Below are positions 40,343 to 49,363 of a stretch of DNA of 64,000 nt, piece after piece (the first letter of the stretch is position 1; each line of letters starts with the position of its first letter). The position numbers were made by a program, and so were the translations under genes. Source of the DNA: Candidatus Latescibacterota bacterium (GTDB lineage: Bacteria; Latescibacterota; UBA2968; UBA8231); assembly GCA_965200315.1 (NCBI GenBank), contig OZ241362.1, positions 3,808,001 through 3,872,000 on the forward strand, in the 5' to 3' direction. The notes beneath the pieces were generated by a model that saw nothing but the letters and a program-made list of their open reading frames with translations, searched no databases and had not been told where the DNA came from.

Positions 40343-40957
40343 TCAAGTTTGAATTTGTTTTTTCTCTTTTGTACCGCAATACTGGGAGAGCCTTTTTTCT
40401 ACTCCATCTCCAAATTCTTCCAAACAGGATTTTAAGTGTTCTCGAACCTTCTGTATCGCTTCTTGCAACGTCTCTATACGCCGCCGAATATGTGGGTGAG
40501 GCTCCAAGGCGTACAGTTGTTTAGATACTTCTACATCCAATTCAAGCCGACCTATCGCATTATAAAAATACGAAATTTTCTTCCTATACTTTTCTACATC
40601 ACCGTCCACCACCTCATTAATCTCATCCCAATCAAAAATAATCGGCTGAGAGTCTTCAAGGGAAACCTCCTTGAATCCCATTTTCCATTCCCTTGCTAGC
40701 TTTCGCAGTGCAGGCAATCGTTCCGGCCAATTATAAAGAATATCTGGCGAAAATTCTGCTCCATTGGGCCACGTCAGCAGATCATCCTCTATGCTAACTT
40801 GGTTAAACAAGGAAAGATCTTTTAGGGGGCTAAAGATCCGACCTGCCAAAACCGGACGAAAGTCTATATCTTGGTGCGCATCGTCCTCGAAAAAGACACG
40901 CAGCCTGTACGGCCCTAGGACCTTAAAGCTCATCACACTATGAAGGATAGATTCCAT
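40343..40957 (-). CDS. DUF2442 family protein with a long C-terminal extension
   Basis: YRLRVFFED..IDFRPVL.G.IFSPLKD..LF.QV..LTWPNGAEFSPD.LY, plus ~120 extra aa. Confidence 0.75.
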   Translation of the reverse strand: MESILHSVMSFKVLGPYRLRVFFEDDAHQDIDFRPVLAGRIFSPLKDLSLFNQVSIEDDLLTWPNGAEFSPDILYNWPERLPALRKLAREWKMGFKEVSLEDSQPIIFDWDEINEVVDGDVEKYRKKISYFYNAIGRLELDVEVSKQLYALEPHPHIRRRIETLQEAIQKVREHLKSCLEEFGDGVEKRLSQYCGTKEKKQIQT

Positions 40958-40962
40958 CTGTA

Positions 40963-41238
40963 TTACTCCAGCGGCTCAATTGGACCAGGAGATAGGCCTT
41001 GTTGTAACAGATCCCAAGCGGTCTCAAGCTCTATTCTATGCTCCGTCGCCCATTTCATTACTTGTCGATGCTTATTTCTAGGTAGTGAACCCTCAAGCTT
41101 CTCTATCTTACCCTGAGCAATCGCATAAACAGCCTGATGACCTGAGTACCTCGCATGAAAATGCGACCGATGGTGAGGGCTACCTACTTCTGGAAACATT
41201 CGGATAATAATTCCATAAAATTCTGCGAGTTTCGCCAT
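40963..41238 (-). CDS. DUF4160 family protein (putative TA toxin)
   Basis: FYGIIIRMF..HHRSHFHARY..GSLP..W..IEPL; AGGAG RBS. Confidence 0.82.
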   Translation of the reverse strand: MAKLAEFYGIIIRMFPEVGSPHHRSHFHARYSGHQAVYAIAQGKIEKLEGSLPRNKHRQVMKWATEHRIELETAWDLLQQGLSPGPIEPLE

Positions 41239-41348
41239 ACACTCCTGTTAGACAGAATCAGTTTAGTGGATTTGCAACGTTTCATCTGTATAACTCGTTA
41301 CCAAAAAAATGAACTCTGTCGTTTTCGAGTACTAATGCTCCAAAAAAC

Positions 41349-42335
41349 TCAATTGTCCCGCGGCACCGCCATCATCCGCTCCAACGCCCGCCGCGCCCCC
41401 ACAATCACCTCGTCGTCCAGTGTAATTTCGTAGCGCTCGTAGAGCAGCGAAAAGTACACGTCTTGCAGGTCGGTGATTTTCATGTAGGGGCAGTGTAGCC
41501 GGCAGCCAATGCAGCCATCGGCCGCGACGAACTCTTGGTGCGGGAAGCGCTGCCGGAGCTGATGCAACATGCCGTTTTCCGTGGCGATGATGAAGCTCTT
41601 GGCCTCGGGATACTTTTCGACGGCCTTGAGCATCCCGGTGGTCGAGCACACTTCGTGCGCGATTTCGACCACATCTTGGCGGCATTCCGGGTGCGCGATG
41701 ATGACGGCCTCGGGAAACTCGCTACGAGTGCGCTCGACGCTAGCGGCGCGCAGCACGTCGTGCGTCGGGCAAGCACCGTCGTACACGACGACCTCTTTCT
41801 CCGGCACCTGCTCGGCCACCCAACGGCCTAAGTTGCGGTCCGGCGTAAAGAGAATCTTGTCGCTGTCGAGGCTGCGCACCACCGAGACGGCGTTGGCCGA
41901 GGTGCAGCAGATGTCGGACTCGGCCTTCACCTCGGCCGTGGAGTTGACATACGTCACCACCGCGTGATCGGGATAGTCCGCTTTCCAATCGTCGAGGCTT
42001 TCCGGGGTGATGGAGTCGGCCAGCGAACAGCCCGCGCCCAAATGAGGCAAGAACACTTGCTTGTCGGGGCTGAGGATTTTGGCCGACTCGGCCATGAAAT
42101 GCACACCGCAAAAAACGATGCGCTCGGCATCCGCCTTGGCAGCTTCCACCGACAGCCCGAGCGAATCGCCCGTGAAGTCGGCCAAGTCCTGGATCGGCGG
42201 AATCTGGTAGTTGTGCGCGAGGATGACCGCGTTTTTCTCGCGGCGCAAGTGGTTGATCTGGGTAATGAGCTCCTCGGCGGGCAGGTCGCTGTGGTACTGC
42301 GCTGCGGCTGGGGCGATCGTCTCTGAGTAGGTCAT
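41349..42335 (-). CDS. nadA: Quinolinate synthase A
   Basis: ILAHNYQ, GDSL, CGVHFMAE, GCSLA, YVNS, CCTS, AHPEC, CPYMK. Confidence 0.95.
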   Translation of the reverse strand: MTYSETIAPAAAQYHSDLPAEELITQINHLRREKNAVILAHNYQIPPIQDLADFTGDSLGLSVEAAKADAERIVFCGVHFMAESAKILSPDKQVFLPHLGAGCSLADSITPESLDDWKADYPDHAVVTYVNSTAEVKAESDICCTSANAVSVVRSLDSDKILFTPDRNLGRWVAEQVPEKEVVVYDGACPTHDVLRAASVERTRSEFPEAVIIAHPECRQDVVEIAHEVCSTTGMLKAVEKYPEAKSFIIATENGMLHQLRQRFPHQEFVAADGCIGCRLHCPYMKITDLQDVYFSLLYERYEITLDDEVIVGARRALERMMAVPRDN

Positions 42336-42541
42336 GGCTTGACTTGCGCTCCTTCGTCGGGGGGAATGGTCTCGGTGCCGTTGGGGAAAACGCGCCAAAA
42401 CTCCTTGCGAATGAGGCCGGTGATCATGGCACTCTTGCTGCTGCCGTGATAGCGGGCAATCGCGTCGAGCATCTCGTGATCCCGGTCGGGCGCCGAAAAG
42501 GTCCTCACCTTGGCCCGGCGACTGTGGTCTTTGGGTGGCAT
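42332..42541 (-). CDS. Small ribbon-helix-helix-like DNA-binding protein
   Basis: KVRTFS strand plus helices EMLDAIARYHG-SKSAMITGLIRKE; ATGA overlap with nadA. Confidence 0.65.
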   Translation of the reverse strand: MPPKDHSRRAKVRTFSAPDRDHEMLDAIARYHGSSKSAMITGLIRKEFWRVFPNGTETIPPDEGAQVKP

Positions 42542-42581
42542 TATATCTTTCTTATATAAAATTTGATTAAATTATGTATGT

Positions 42582-42610
42582 AATCTAACGAATCGCTGGC
42601 GGCGAGTCAA
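42582..42610 (-). promoter_or_regulatory. Sigma70-like promoter for the RHH-nadA operon
   Basis: TTGACT-17 nt-TAGATT on the minus strand. Confidence 0.6.
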
Positions 42611-42742
42611 TATAGATGCTAAATACACGACACCTACTCTGCGTACGCGTCTTCTCCGCAATCCTTAATCGCGCCCACGCGAGCGAGACGCCCGCGCTCC
42701 CAGCTAAGACCGTAGTGTCGTGTACGTAAGATATAGATGTAA
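42610..42742. repeat. Inverted-repeat-bounded element containing a REP-like hairpin
   Basis: TACACGACACCTAC (42624) / GTAGTGTCGTGTA (42712); flanking direct repeats ATATAGATG; family-1 REP at 42679-42703. Confidence 0.5.
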
Positions 42743-42800
42743 CCATTTTTAACGGAATTTTCGCAAACGAGCCGCAACGATAGGAAGGATAGACCCGGCC

Positions 42801-44027
42801 CTAGAGTTGGCTAATCCGCGCCATGGCCTCTTCGATCCGGTCGCGGTGGTTAAAGGCCGACAGGCGCAAGTACCCCTCCCCAGCCGCGCCAAAACCCGCC
42901 CCCGGCGTCCCGACGATGTGAGCCTTGTCGAGCAAGTAGTCGAAGTAAGCCCAACTGTCCTGCCCGTCGGGCGTGGCCACCCACAAATAGGGAGCGTGCT
43001 CGCCCCCGTACACGGTAAGCCCGGCCGCCCCCAACTGCTGGCGCATGATCGCGGCGTTTTCCATGTAGAACGCAATGCGCTCGGCAATGCCCTGCTGGCC
43101 AGCCGGCGAATACGCGGCCTCCGCAGCGCGCTGCACCGGATACGCCACACCGTTGAACTTGGTCGAGTGCCGCCGCGCCCACAGCCGATGCAAATCCACT
43201 TCCTCGCCCGAGGCAGCGCGGCCGGCAAGCTCCTTCGGCACCACGATGTACCCACAGCGCAGGCCGGTAAAGCCGGCGTTCTTGGAAAAACTGCGAAATT
43301 CTATCGCCACCTCGCGGGCGCCTTCGACCTCGTAGATAGAGCGCGGGAGCACCGGATCGGCAATGTAGCTTTCATAGGCCGCGTCAAATAGAATGACGGC
43401 CTGCTCGCGACGGGCGTATTCGACCCAGCGGGCCAAGGCACTGCGGGTCATGGCCGCGCCCGTGGGATTGTTGGGCGAGCACAAGTAGATCAGATCGACG
43501 TGACCGGCGGGCAGGTCTGGGATGAAGTCATTGGCGGCCGTACATGGCATGTAGATCAAGCCGGCGTACGAACCATTCGCGTCGGCTGGGCCCGTGCGGC
43601 CGGCCATGACGTTGGAATCGCAGTACACCGGATAGACCGGATCGGTCAGCGCGACCACGCAATCGCTGGCAAAAATTTCCTGCACCGCGCCCGAGTCGCA
43701 CTTGGACCCGTCGGAGACAAAAATCTCGTCGCTGTGAACGCGTACGCCGCGCGCGCTAAAGTCGTGCTCGACAATGGCCTCGCGCAAAAAATCCTGGCCC
43801 TGGTCGGGCGGATAGCCCTGCAAGGTGTCGTCGTGCGCCATTTCCTCGACGGCCTCTTTCATCGCATCGACCATCGGCCGCGGGATGCCCTTGACCACAT
43901 CGCCGATCCCCAAGCGGATCACGTCGGCTTGGGGATGAGCAGCGGCAAACGCATCGACCCGGCGGGCGATTTCGGGAAAGAGGTACCCGGCTTTGAGCTT
44001 GAGATAGTGATCGTTGATATGCACCAT
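42801..44027 (-). CDS. dapL: LL-diaminopimelate aminotransferase
   Basis: [52 protein letters not shown]. Confidence 0.93.
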   Translation of the reverse strand: MVHINDHYLKLKAGYLFPEIARRVDAFAAAHPQADVIRLGIGDVVKGIPRPMVDAMKEAVEEMAHDDTLQGYPPDQGQDFLREAIVEHDFSARGVRVHSDEIFVSDGSKCDSGAVQEIFASDCVVALTDPVYPVYCDSNVMAGRTGPADANGSYAGLIYMPCTAANDFIPDLPAGHVDLIYLCSPNNPTGAAMTRSALARWVEYARREQAVILFDAAYESYIADPVLPRSIYEVEGAREVAIEFRSFSKNAGFTGLRCGYIVVPKELAGRAASGEEVDLHRLWARRHSTKFNGVAYPVQRAAEAAYSPAGQQGIAERIAFYMENAAIMRQQLGAAGLTVYGGEHAPYLWVATPDGQDSWAYFDYLLDKAHIVGTPGAGFGAAGEGYLRLSAFNHRDRIEEAMARISQL

Positions 44028-44232
44028 GGTATTTGCTTTCTTGGAAGGTATTGGAAATTGGGAAGTAGGAATTATCAATCATTAGTTCCTAGTTCGCAAT
44101 TCCCAACTGATGTTACGCATTGTAGGGGCAACCTTCTTGGAGCCGGCCGGCTGAATGCGTCGTGCGGCGGGACGCCCCCACACCTACCGATTCGGCGGCA
44201 ATTCCCTAATTCATTCAAAAGGAGACTCGCTC

Positions 44233-45183
44233 GTGGATATAAGCTTTATGACCAGTGCCGGCGGCCCCCACCATTGGACCCTCGACGAATGCGCCCGCTG
44301 GGCGCGAGAGCACGATTTCGACTGCGTACGCCTAAACGACTCCGGCGCCCTCGACTCGGACCACATTCTAGCGGTCGGGCCAGACTCGGTGCTAGCGACC
44401 TTGCGCCAGCACGGCCTGTACCTCGCCGCCCTCACCGCGCACTACAACTTGCTCGACGACGACCGCGAGCAGGCCCGCGCCGCCCAAGCCAAGCTGCTCA
44501 AGGCCATTGCGTCGGCCCGCGCCCTCGGCTGCCCAGTCATCGTCACCAGCAGCGGCGCGCCCGTGCGCAACGGCCAGTTCTACGGCATGTTCTCCTCCGA
44601 ACCCGGCAATCCCAGCGACCGCTCCGACGAACTAGTAAGCCGCTTCCAAGCCATGTTTGAACCCGTGGTACAAGCGGCCGAAGACAGCGGCGTCCGGCTC
44701 GCGCTCGACGTGGCCGTGCGCATGGGCCAAATAGGCTGCAACCCAGAGATGTGGGAAAAAATCCTCGACGCCGTGCCCTCCGATCACCTCGGCTTATCCT
44801 GCGACCCCTCGCACTGGCTGTGGATGCACATCCTGCCGGTCGAAGACGTCATCCGCGACTTTGCCGGCCATTGGTACTACGCCGATGTCAAGGACTGCGA
44901 GATTAGCCAGCGGATGCTCTACCGCCAAGGCATCATCGGCAATTGGTGGTGGCAATACCGCGTCCCCGGCCGCGGCCAGCTCAACTGGAGCACCATCATC
45001 GGCGCACTGTGGGAATCCGGCTACGACTACGTGCTGTGCGTCGAAAACGAGGACCGCGGCTTCCCCGGCCTAGAGGGCTTTGCCTTTGGCGGCCAACACC
45101 TGCGCAGCTTGCTGCCGCCCAAGGAGGCAGGCTTTAAGCGGCAAGGGGGGCATTGGCAGACGAGCGGGTGGGAGCGCAAGTAA
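44233..45183 (+). CDS. Sugar phosphate isomerase/epimerase TIM-barrel protein
   Basis: AAGGAG RBS; GLSCDPSH, DVKD, YRVPGRGQLNW, CVENED. Confidence 0.8.
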   Translation: MDISFMTSAGGPHHWTLDECARWAREHDFDCVRLNDSGALDSDHILAVGPDSVLATLRQHGLYLAALTAHYNLLDDDREQARAAQAKLLKAIASARALGCPVIVTSSGAPVRNGQFYGMFSSEPGNPSDRSDELVSRFQAMFEPVVQAAEDSGVRLALDVAVRMGQIGCNPEMWEKILDAVPSDHLGLSCDPSHWLWMHILPVEDVIRDFAGHWYYADVKDCEISQRMLYRQGIIGNWWWQYRVPGRGQLNWSTIIGALWESGYDYVLCVENEDRGFPGLEGFAFGGQHLRSLLPPKEAGFKRQGGHWQTSGWERK

Positions 45184-45258
45184 GGAGCAACTTGCCGTTA
45201 GGACCATTTGCCCTTCTATTATTTTAATTGCTGCGTTGCCAACAGCCACAGAGGATCC

Positions 45259-46932
45259 ATGAGCACAGACAAAAACCGCGACTTCATCCGCGAAGCCATC
45301 GACACCGACCTCAAAAACGGCCGCTACGACCGCGTCATCACCCGCTTCCCGCCAGAGCCTAACGCGCATCTGCACATCGGCCACGCCAAGGCGATCTGCA
45401 TCAATTTCGGCATTGCCGCCTCCTATGGTGGCCAGTGCAATCTCCGCTACGACGACACCAATCCCACCCGCGAAGAGCAGGAATACGTGGACTCCATGCA
45501 GGAAGACATCCGCTGGCTCGGCTTCGACTGGGGGCCGCAGCCGTACTATGCTTCCGACTATTTCGGCCAACTCTACGAATGGGCCGTCGCACTCGTCAAA
45601 AAGGGCTTGGCGTACGTGGATGACCAAACCGCGGACGAGATCCGGGAAAATCGCGGCACGCTTACCGAACCGGGCAAAAACAGCCCGTACCGCGACCGCT
45701 CCATCGCGGAAAACCTCGACCTATTCGCGCAGATGAAAGACGGCTCATTCCCCGATGGCTCGCGTGTGTTGCGCGCCAAAATTGACATGGCCGCACCCAA
45801 CATCAACCTGCGCGACCCCGTCATGTACCGCATCATGCACACCACCCATCACCGCACCGGCAACGCTTGGTGCATTTATCCCATGTACGACTGGGCCCAC
45901 GGCCAGAGCGACGCCATCGAGGGCGTTACGCATTCGCTGTGCTCAGACGAATTTACCAACAACCGACCGCTCTACGACTGGTTCATCGAAAAACTCGGCA
46001 TCTTCCCCTCGCGCCAAATCGAGTATGCCCGCGGCAACATCACCTACACACTCCTCTCCAAGCGATACCTGCTGTCGCTCATCGAGCAAAATCTCGTCTC
46101 CGGTTGGGACGATCCCCGGCTCTACACCCTGCGCGGCCTGCGCCGCTTGGGCTACCCACCGGCGGCCATCCGCCGCTTCTGGACCGAAGCCGGCATTGCC
46201 AAACGCGGCAACAACATCGACATCGCCCTCCTCGAATACTGCATCCGCGACCAGCTCAACCAGACCGCGCCTAGGCGCATGGCCGTGCTCAATCCGCTCA
46301 AGGTCGTCATTGAAAACTACCCAGAAGACCAAAGCGAGATACTAACGGCCATCAACAACCCGGAAGACGACAGCGCCGGCACCCGCACTATCCCCTTTTC
46401 GCGGCACCTCTACATCGAGCGTGAGGACTTTATGGAAGACCCGCCGCGCAAGTTCTTTCGCCTCGCCCCGGGCCGCGAGGTCCGCTTGCGCTACGCCTAC
46501 TTCATCACCTGTACCGAGGTCGTCAAAGACGCCAGCGGCGAAATCGTCGAGTTGCGCTGCACGTACGACCCGGCCACCCGCGGCGGCAACGCGCCCGATG
46601 GCCGCAAGGTCAAGGCCACCCTGCACTGGGTCTCGGTCCCCCACGCGGTCCCCGCCGAGGTGCGGCTCTACGACCGGCTCTTCAAGGTCGAAAAACCGCT
46701 CGAAGCACCACCCGGGGGCACCTGGTTGGACAACCTCAACCCAGACTCGCTCAAAGTCCTCAGCCCTTGCTATCTAGAGCCGTCCCTCGCCGACATGGCC
46801 CCGGGGGACTCCTGCCAGTTTGAGCGGCTCGGCTACTTCTGCGCCGACCGCGAGGACCACGCGCCAGACGCGCCCGTCTTCAACCGCACCGTCACCTTGC
46901 GCGACACTTGGGCGCGGATGCAGAAGGGCTAG
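45259..46932 (+). CDS. glnS: Glutamine--tRNA ligase
   Basis: [45 protein letters not shown]. Confidence 0.95.
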   Translation: MSTDKNRDFIREAIDTDLKNGRYDRVITRFPPEPNAHLHIGHAKAICINFGIAASYGGQCNLRYDDTNPTREEQEYVDSMQEDIRWLGFDWGPQPYYASDYFGQLYEWAVALVKKGLAYVDDQTADEIRENRGTLTEPGKNSPYRDRSIAENLDLFAQMKDGSFPDGSRVLRAKIDMAAPNINLRDPVMYRIMHTTHHRTGNAWCIYPMYDWAHGQSDAIEGVTHSLCSDEFTNNRPLYDWFIEKLGIFPSRQIEYARGNITYTLLSKRYLLSLIEQNLVSGWDDPRLYTLRGLRRLGYPPAAIRRFWTEAGIAKRGNNIDIALLEYCIRDQLNQTAPRRMAVLNPLKVVIENYPEDQSEILTAINNPEDDSAGTRTIPFSRHLYIEREDFMEDPPRKFFRLAPGREVRLRYAYFITCTEVVKDASGEIVELRCTYDPATRGGNAPDGRKVKATLHWVSVPHAVPAEVRLYDRLFKVEKPLEAPPGGTWLDNLNPDSLKVLSPCYLEPSLADMAPGDSCQFERLGYFCADREDHAPDAPVFNRTVTLRDTWARMQKG

Positions 46933-46950
46933 CCACACCCACCGCCGCAC

Positions 46951-47721
46951 ATGCGGATTTCGCGTCTCCTATTGGCCCTGCTACTCTCGGCACCCGTCGC
47001 CGCCGAAGAGGTCGTCGTGCCAGCCGGTCACTTCACCATGGGCATCGACCACCCGCGAGCCACCGACGAAAAGCCCAGCCGCCAAATCTATCTGAGCGCC
47101 TTTTCCATCGACCGCTACGAAGTCACCAACGCCCACTTCGCCGCCTTTGTCGCGGCCACCGGCTATCAGACGAAGGCGGAAAAACGCGGGGCTGAAAAGG
47201 CCGACGGCATTAGCTGGCGGCAGCCCCACGGCCCCGGTTCGGCAGCCGAGCCAACCCATCCGGTCGTCTATGTCAACTGGCAGGATGCCCACGCGTATTG
47301 CGCTTGGCGCGGCGGACGGCTGCCCACCGAAGCCGAGTGGGAAAAAAGTGCGCGCGGCAGCGACGGTCGCCTCTGGCCCTGGGGCACAAAGTTTGCGGCA
47401 GGACGCGCCAATCTCTGGGGCGCGGAAGACAGATACGAACAACTGGCACCAGTCGGCTCTTTTCCAGCAGGGGCCAGCCCATACGGCGCGCTCGACATGG
47501 CCGGCAACGTATGGGAGTGGTGCGCCGACTGGTACGACGCCAACTACTATGCCACCGGCCCGACCAAAGACCCGCAAGGGCCAGAGACGGGCCGCTTCAA
47601 GGTCTTGCGCGGCGGCTCGTGGATCAACCCAGCACCGGTCCTGCGCAGCATCAATCGCTTCGAGGTTTTGCCCGTAGAGCGCAGCCCCTATATCGGTTTC
47701 CGCTGCGCCCGCTCTCCATGA
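46951..47721 (+). CDS. Secreted FGE-sulfatase-fold (SUMF1/EgtB/PvdO family) protein
   Basis: Signal peptide; EVTN, PVV.V.W, RLPTEAEWEK, DMAGNVWEW, RGGSW, GFRC. Confidence 0.9.
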   Translation: MRISRLLLALLLSAPVAAEEVVVPAGHFTMGIDHPRATDEKPSRQIYLSAFSIDRYEVTNAHFAAFVAATGYQTKAEKRGAEKADGISWRQPHGPGSAAEPTHPVVYVNWQDAHAYCAWRGGRLPTEAEWEKSARGSDGRLWPWGTKFAAGRANLWGAEDRYEQLAPVGSFPAGASPYGALDMAGNVWEWCADWYDANYYATGPTKDPQGPETGRFKVLRGGSWINPAPVLRSINRFEVLPVERSPYIGFRCARSP

Positions 47722-49358
47722 CCCTGCTTACCGCACTCTGCGTCGCGCTTCTGGCCGCGTGCGACGCGCCCCCACCAAACCTCACCTCCGTCCGCTTCAC
47801 CGACGTTACCGCAGCGTGCGGCTTGGATTTCCGCATGTACTCGGGCAGCCGAGTCAAAAACTACATCATTGAGGCCAAGGGCGGCGGTGGTGCCTTCCTC
47901 GACTACGACGGCGATGGCTGGCTCGACATCTACTTGGTCAACGGCTCGCGCCTCGAAGGCTATCCCAACCCGACCGCGGCCCCGACCAACGCCCTCTACC
48001 GCAACATGGGCGACGGCACCTTCACGAACCATACCCGCACAGCCGGGGTCGGCGATGCAGGTTGGGGCATGGGCTGCGCAGCGGCCGACTACGACGGGGA
48101 TGGAGACCTCGATCTCTACGTGACCAATTACGGCCCCAACATCCTCTATCGGAACGAAGGCAACGGCCGATTCCGCGACGTCGGCCCGGCCGCAGGCGTC
48201 GCCCTAGCAGGATGGAGCACGGGTGCCAGCTTCGGCGACTACGATGGCGATGGCGATCCAGACCTCTACGTGGCCCAGTACTTGCACTTTGCGCCCGAGC
48301 GCGTTCCGCCTCGCGGCGGGATGTGGAAGGGCGTTCTCGTGTTCGCCGGCCCGCTCGGCCTCCTTGGGGCGCAGGATGTCCTCTACCGCAACGAAGGCGA
48401 TGGCACCTTTCGCAATGTCACCCGCCAAGCTCACCTCGAGCAAGCAGAGCCGACCTACGGACTCGGTGCCCTTTTTTGCGACTACGACCAAGACGGCGAC
48501 CCAGACCTCTACGTGGCCAATGACTCGGCACCCAATTTTCTCTACCGCAACGAAGGCAACGGCCAATTCCGCGACGTCGGCGTGGAAGCCGGAGCCGCCC
48601 TCAGCGCCGAGGGAGGCGCACAGGCTGGCATGGGCATCGCCTATGGGGATTACGACCGCGACGGGTTTGGAGATTTTCTGGTGACTCATTTTGAGGACGA
48701 TTACAACACCCTCTATCGCAATCGCAGCGATGGGACCTTTGCCGTGGCTAGCGCCACCGTTGGCCTCGCCGAGCCGAGCCTGCCGCACTTATCCTTCGGC
48801 ACGTTCTTTTTCGATTACGACAACGATCAAGACCAAGACCTGTTTGTGGCCAACGGCCACGTCTATCCCCAGATCAGGCACCTTGCGCCCGATGGCTACG
48901 CCGAACCCAACCAACTCTTCGCCAATCAGGGCCCAACCGGCGCCTACCGCTTCTCAGAAGTCGCAGCCGGAGATGTGAGCCGCCCCGCCGTCAGCCGCGG
49001 TGCCGCCAAAGGGGACTACGACAACGATGGGGACGTAGATGTTTTGGTCTTCAACCTCGACGGTCCGCCGCAACTTTTGCGCAACGACGGCGGCAATCAG
49101 CGCAACTGGCTGAGCCTGCGCTTGGTCGGCGGTGGTCTAGGGGCGAAAGTCGCCAGCGCCAGCGGCGGGGTCGAGCAGGTCGCGGAGATCGTCAGCGGCG
49201 GCAGCTTCCTCTCGCACAGCGACGGGCGCGTCCACTTTGGTCTGGGCTCCAATCAGGCAGCCGATTGGCTCGAGATTCGCTGGCCCTCGGGTCGCGTCCA
49301 GCGCTTCGAGAACGTGGCCGCGAATCAGTTTTTAGTGGTGGAAGAGCCGAGGCGCTAG
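47718..49358 (+). CDS. CRTAC1/ASPIC-UnbV family lipoprotein with FG-GAP repeats
   Basis: Lipobox LAAC; repeated D.D.DG..DLYV.N..LYRN.G.G.F; C-terminal HFGLG..IRWPSG. Confidence 0.88.
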   Translation: MTLLTALCVALLAACDAPPPNLTSVRFTDVTAACGLDFRMYSGSRVKNYIIEAKGGGGAFLDYDGDGWLDIYLVNGSRLEGYPNPTAAPTNALYRNMGDGTFTNHTRTAGVGDAGWGMGCAAADYDGDGDLDLYVTNYGPNILYRNEGNGRFRDVGPAAGVALAGWSTGASFGDYDGDGDPDLYVAQYLHFAPERVPPRGGMWKGVLVFAGPLGLLGAQDVLYRNEGDGTFRNVTRQAHLEQAEPTYGLGALFCDYDQDGDPDLYVANDSAPNFLYRNEGNGQFRDVGVEAGAALSAEGGAQAGMGIAYGDYDRDGFGDFLVTHFEDDYNTLYRNRSDGTFAVASATVGLAEPSLPHLSFGTFFFDYDNDQDQDLFVANGHVYPQIRHLAPDGYAEPNQLFANQGPTGAYRFSEVAAGDVSRPAVSRGAAKGDYDNDGDVDVLVFNLDGPPQLLRNDGGNQRNWLSLRLVGGGLGAKVASASGGVEQVAEIVSGGSFLSHSDGRVHFGLGSNQAADWLEIRWPSGRVQRFENVAANQFLVVEEPRR

Positions 49359-49363
49359 CGGTC

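Noticed and set aside
43500-44660. 386-aa + strand ORF and many other long alternative-frame ORFs
   Set aside because: Shadow ORFs overlapping well-supported genes in GC-rich DNA, with low-complexity Arg/Pro/Ala composition.
46951-47721. FGE/C-type-lectin-fold gene as a diversity-generating retroelement target or as a true formylglycine-generating enzyme
   Set aside because: No reverse transcriptase or template repeat seen in the window; the catalytic Cys pair after RGGS is absent.
47880-49100. Recurrent GACTACGAC..GGCGA / CTCTACCGCAAC DNA repeats
   Set aside because: Explained by FG-GAP protein repeats within the ASPIC-UnbV gene.
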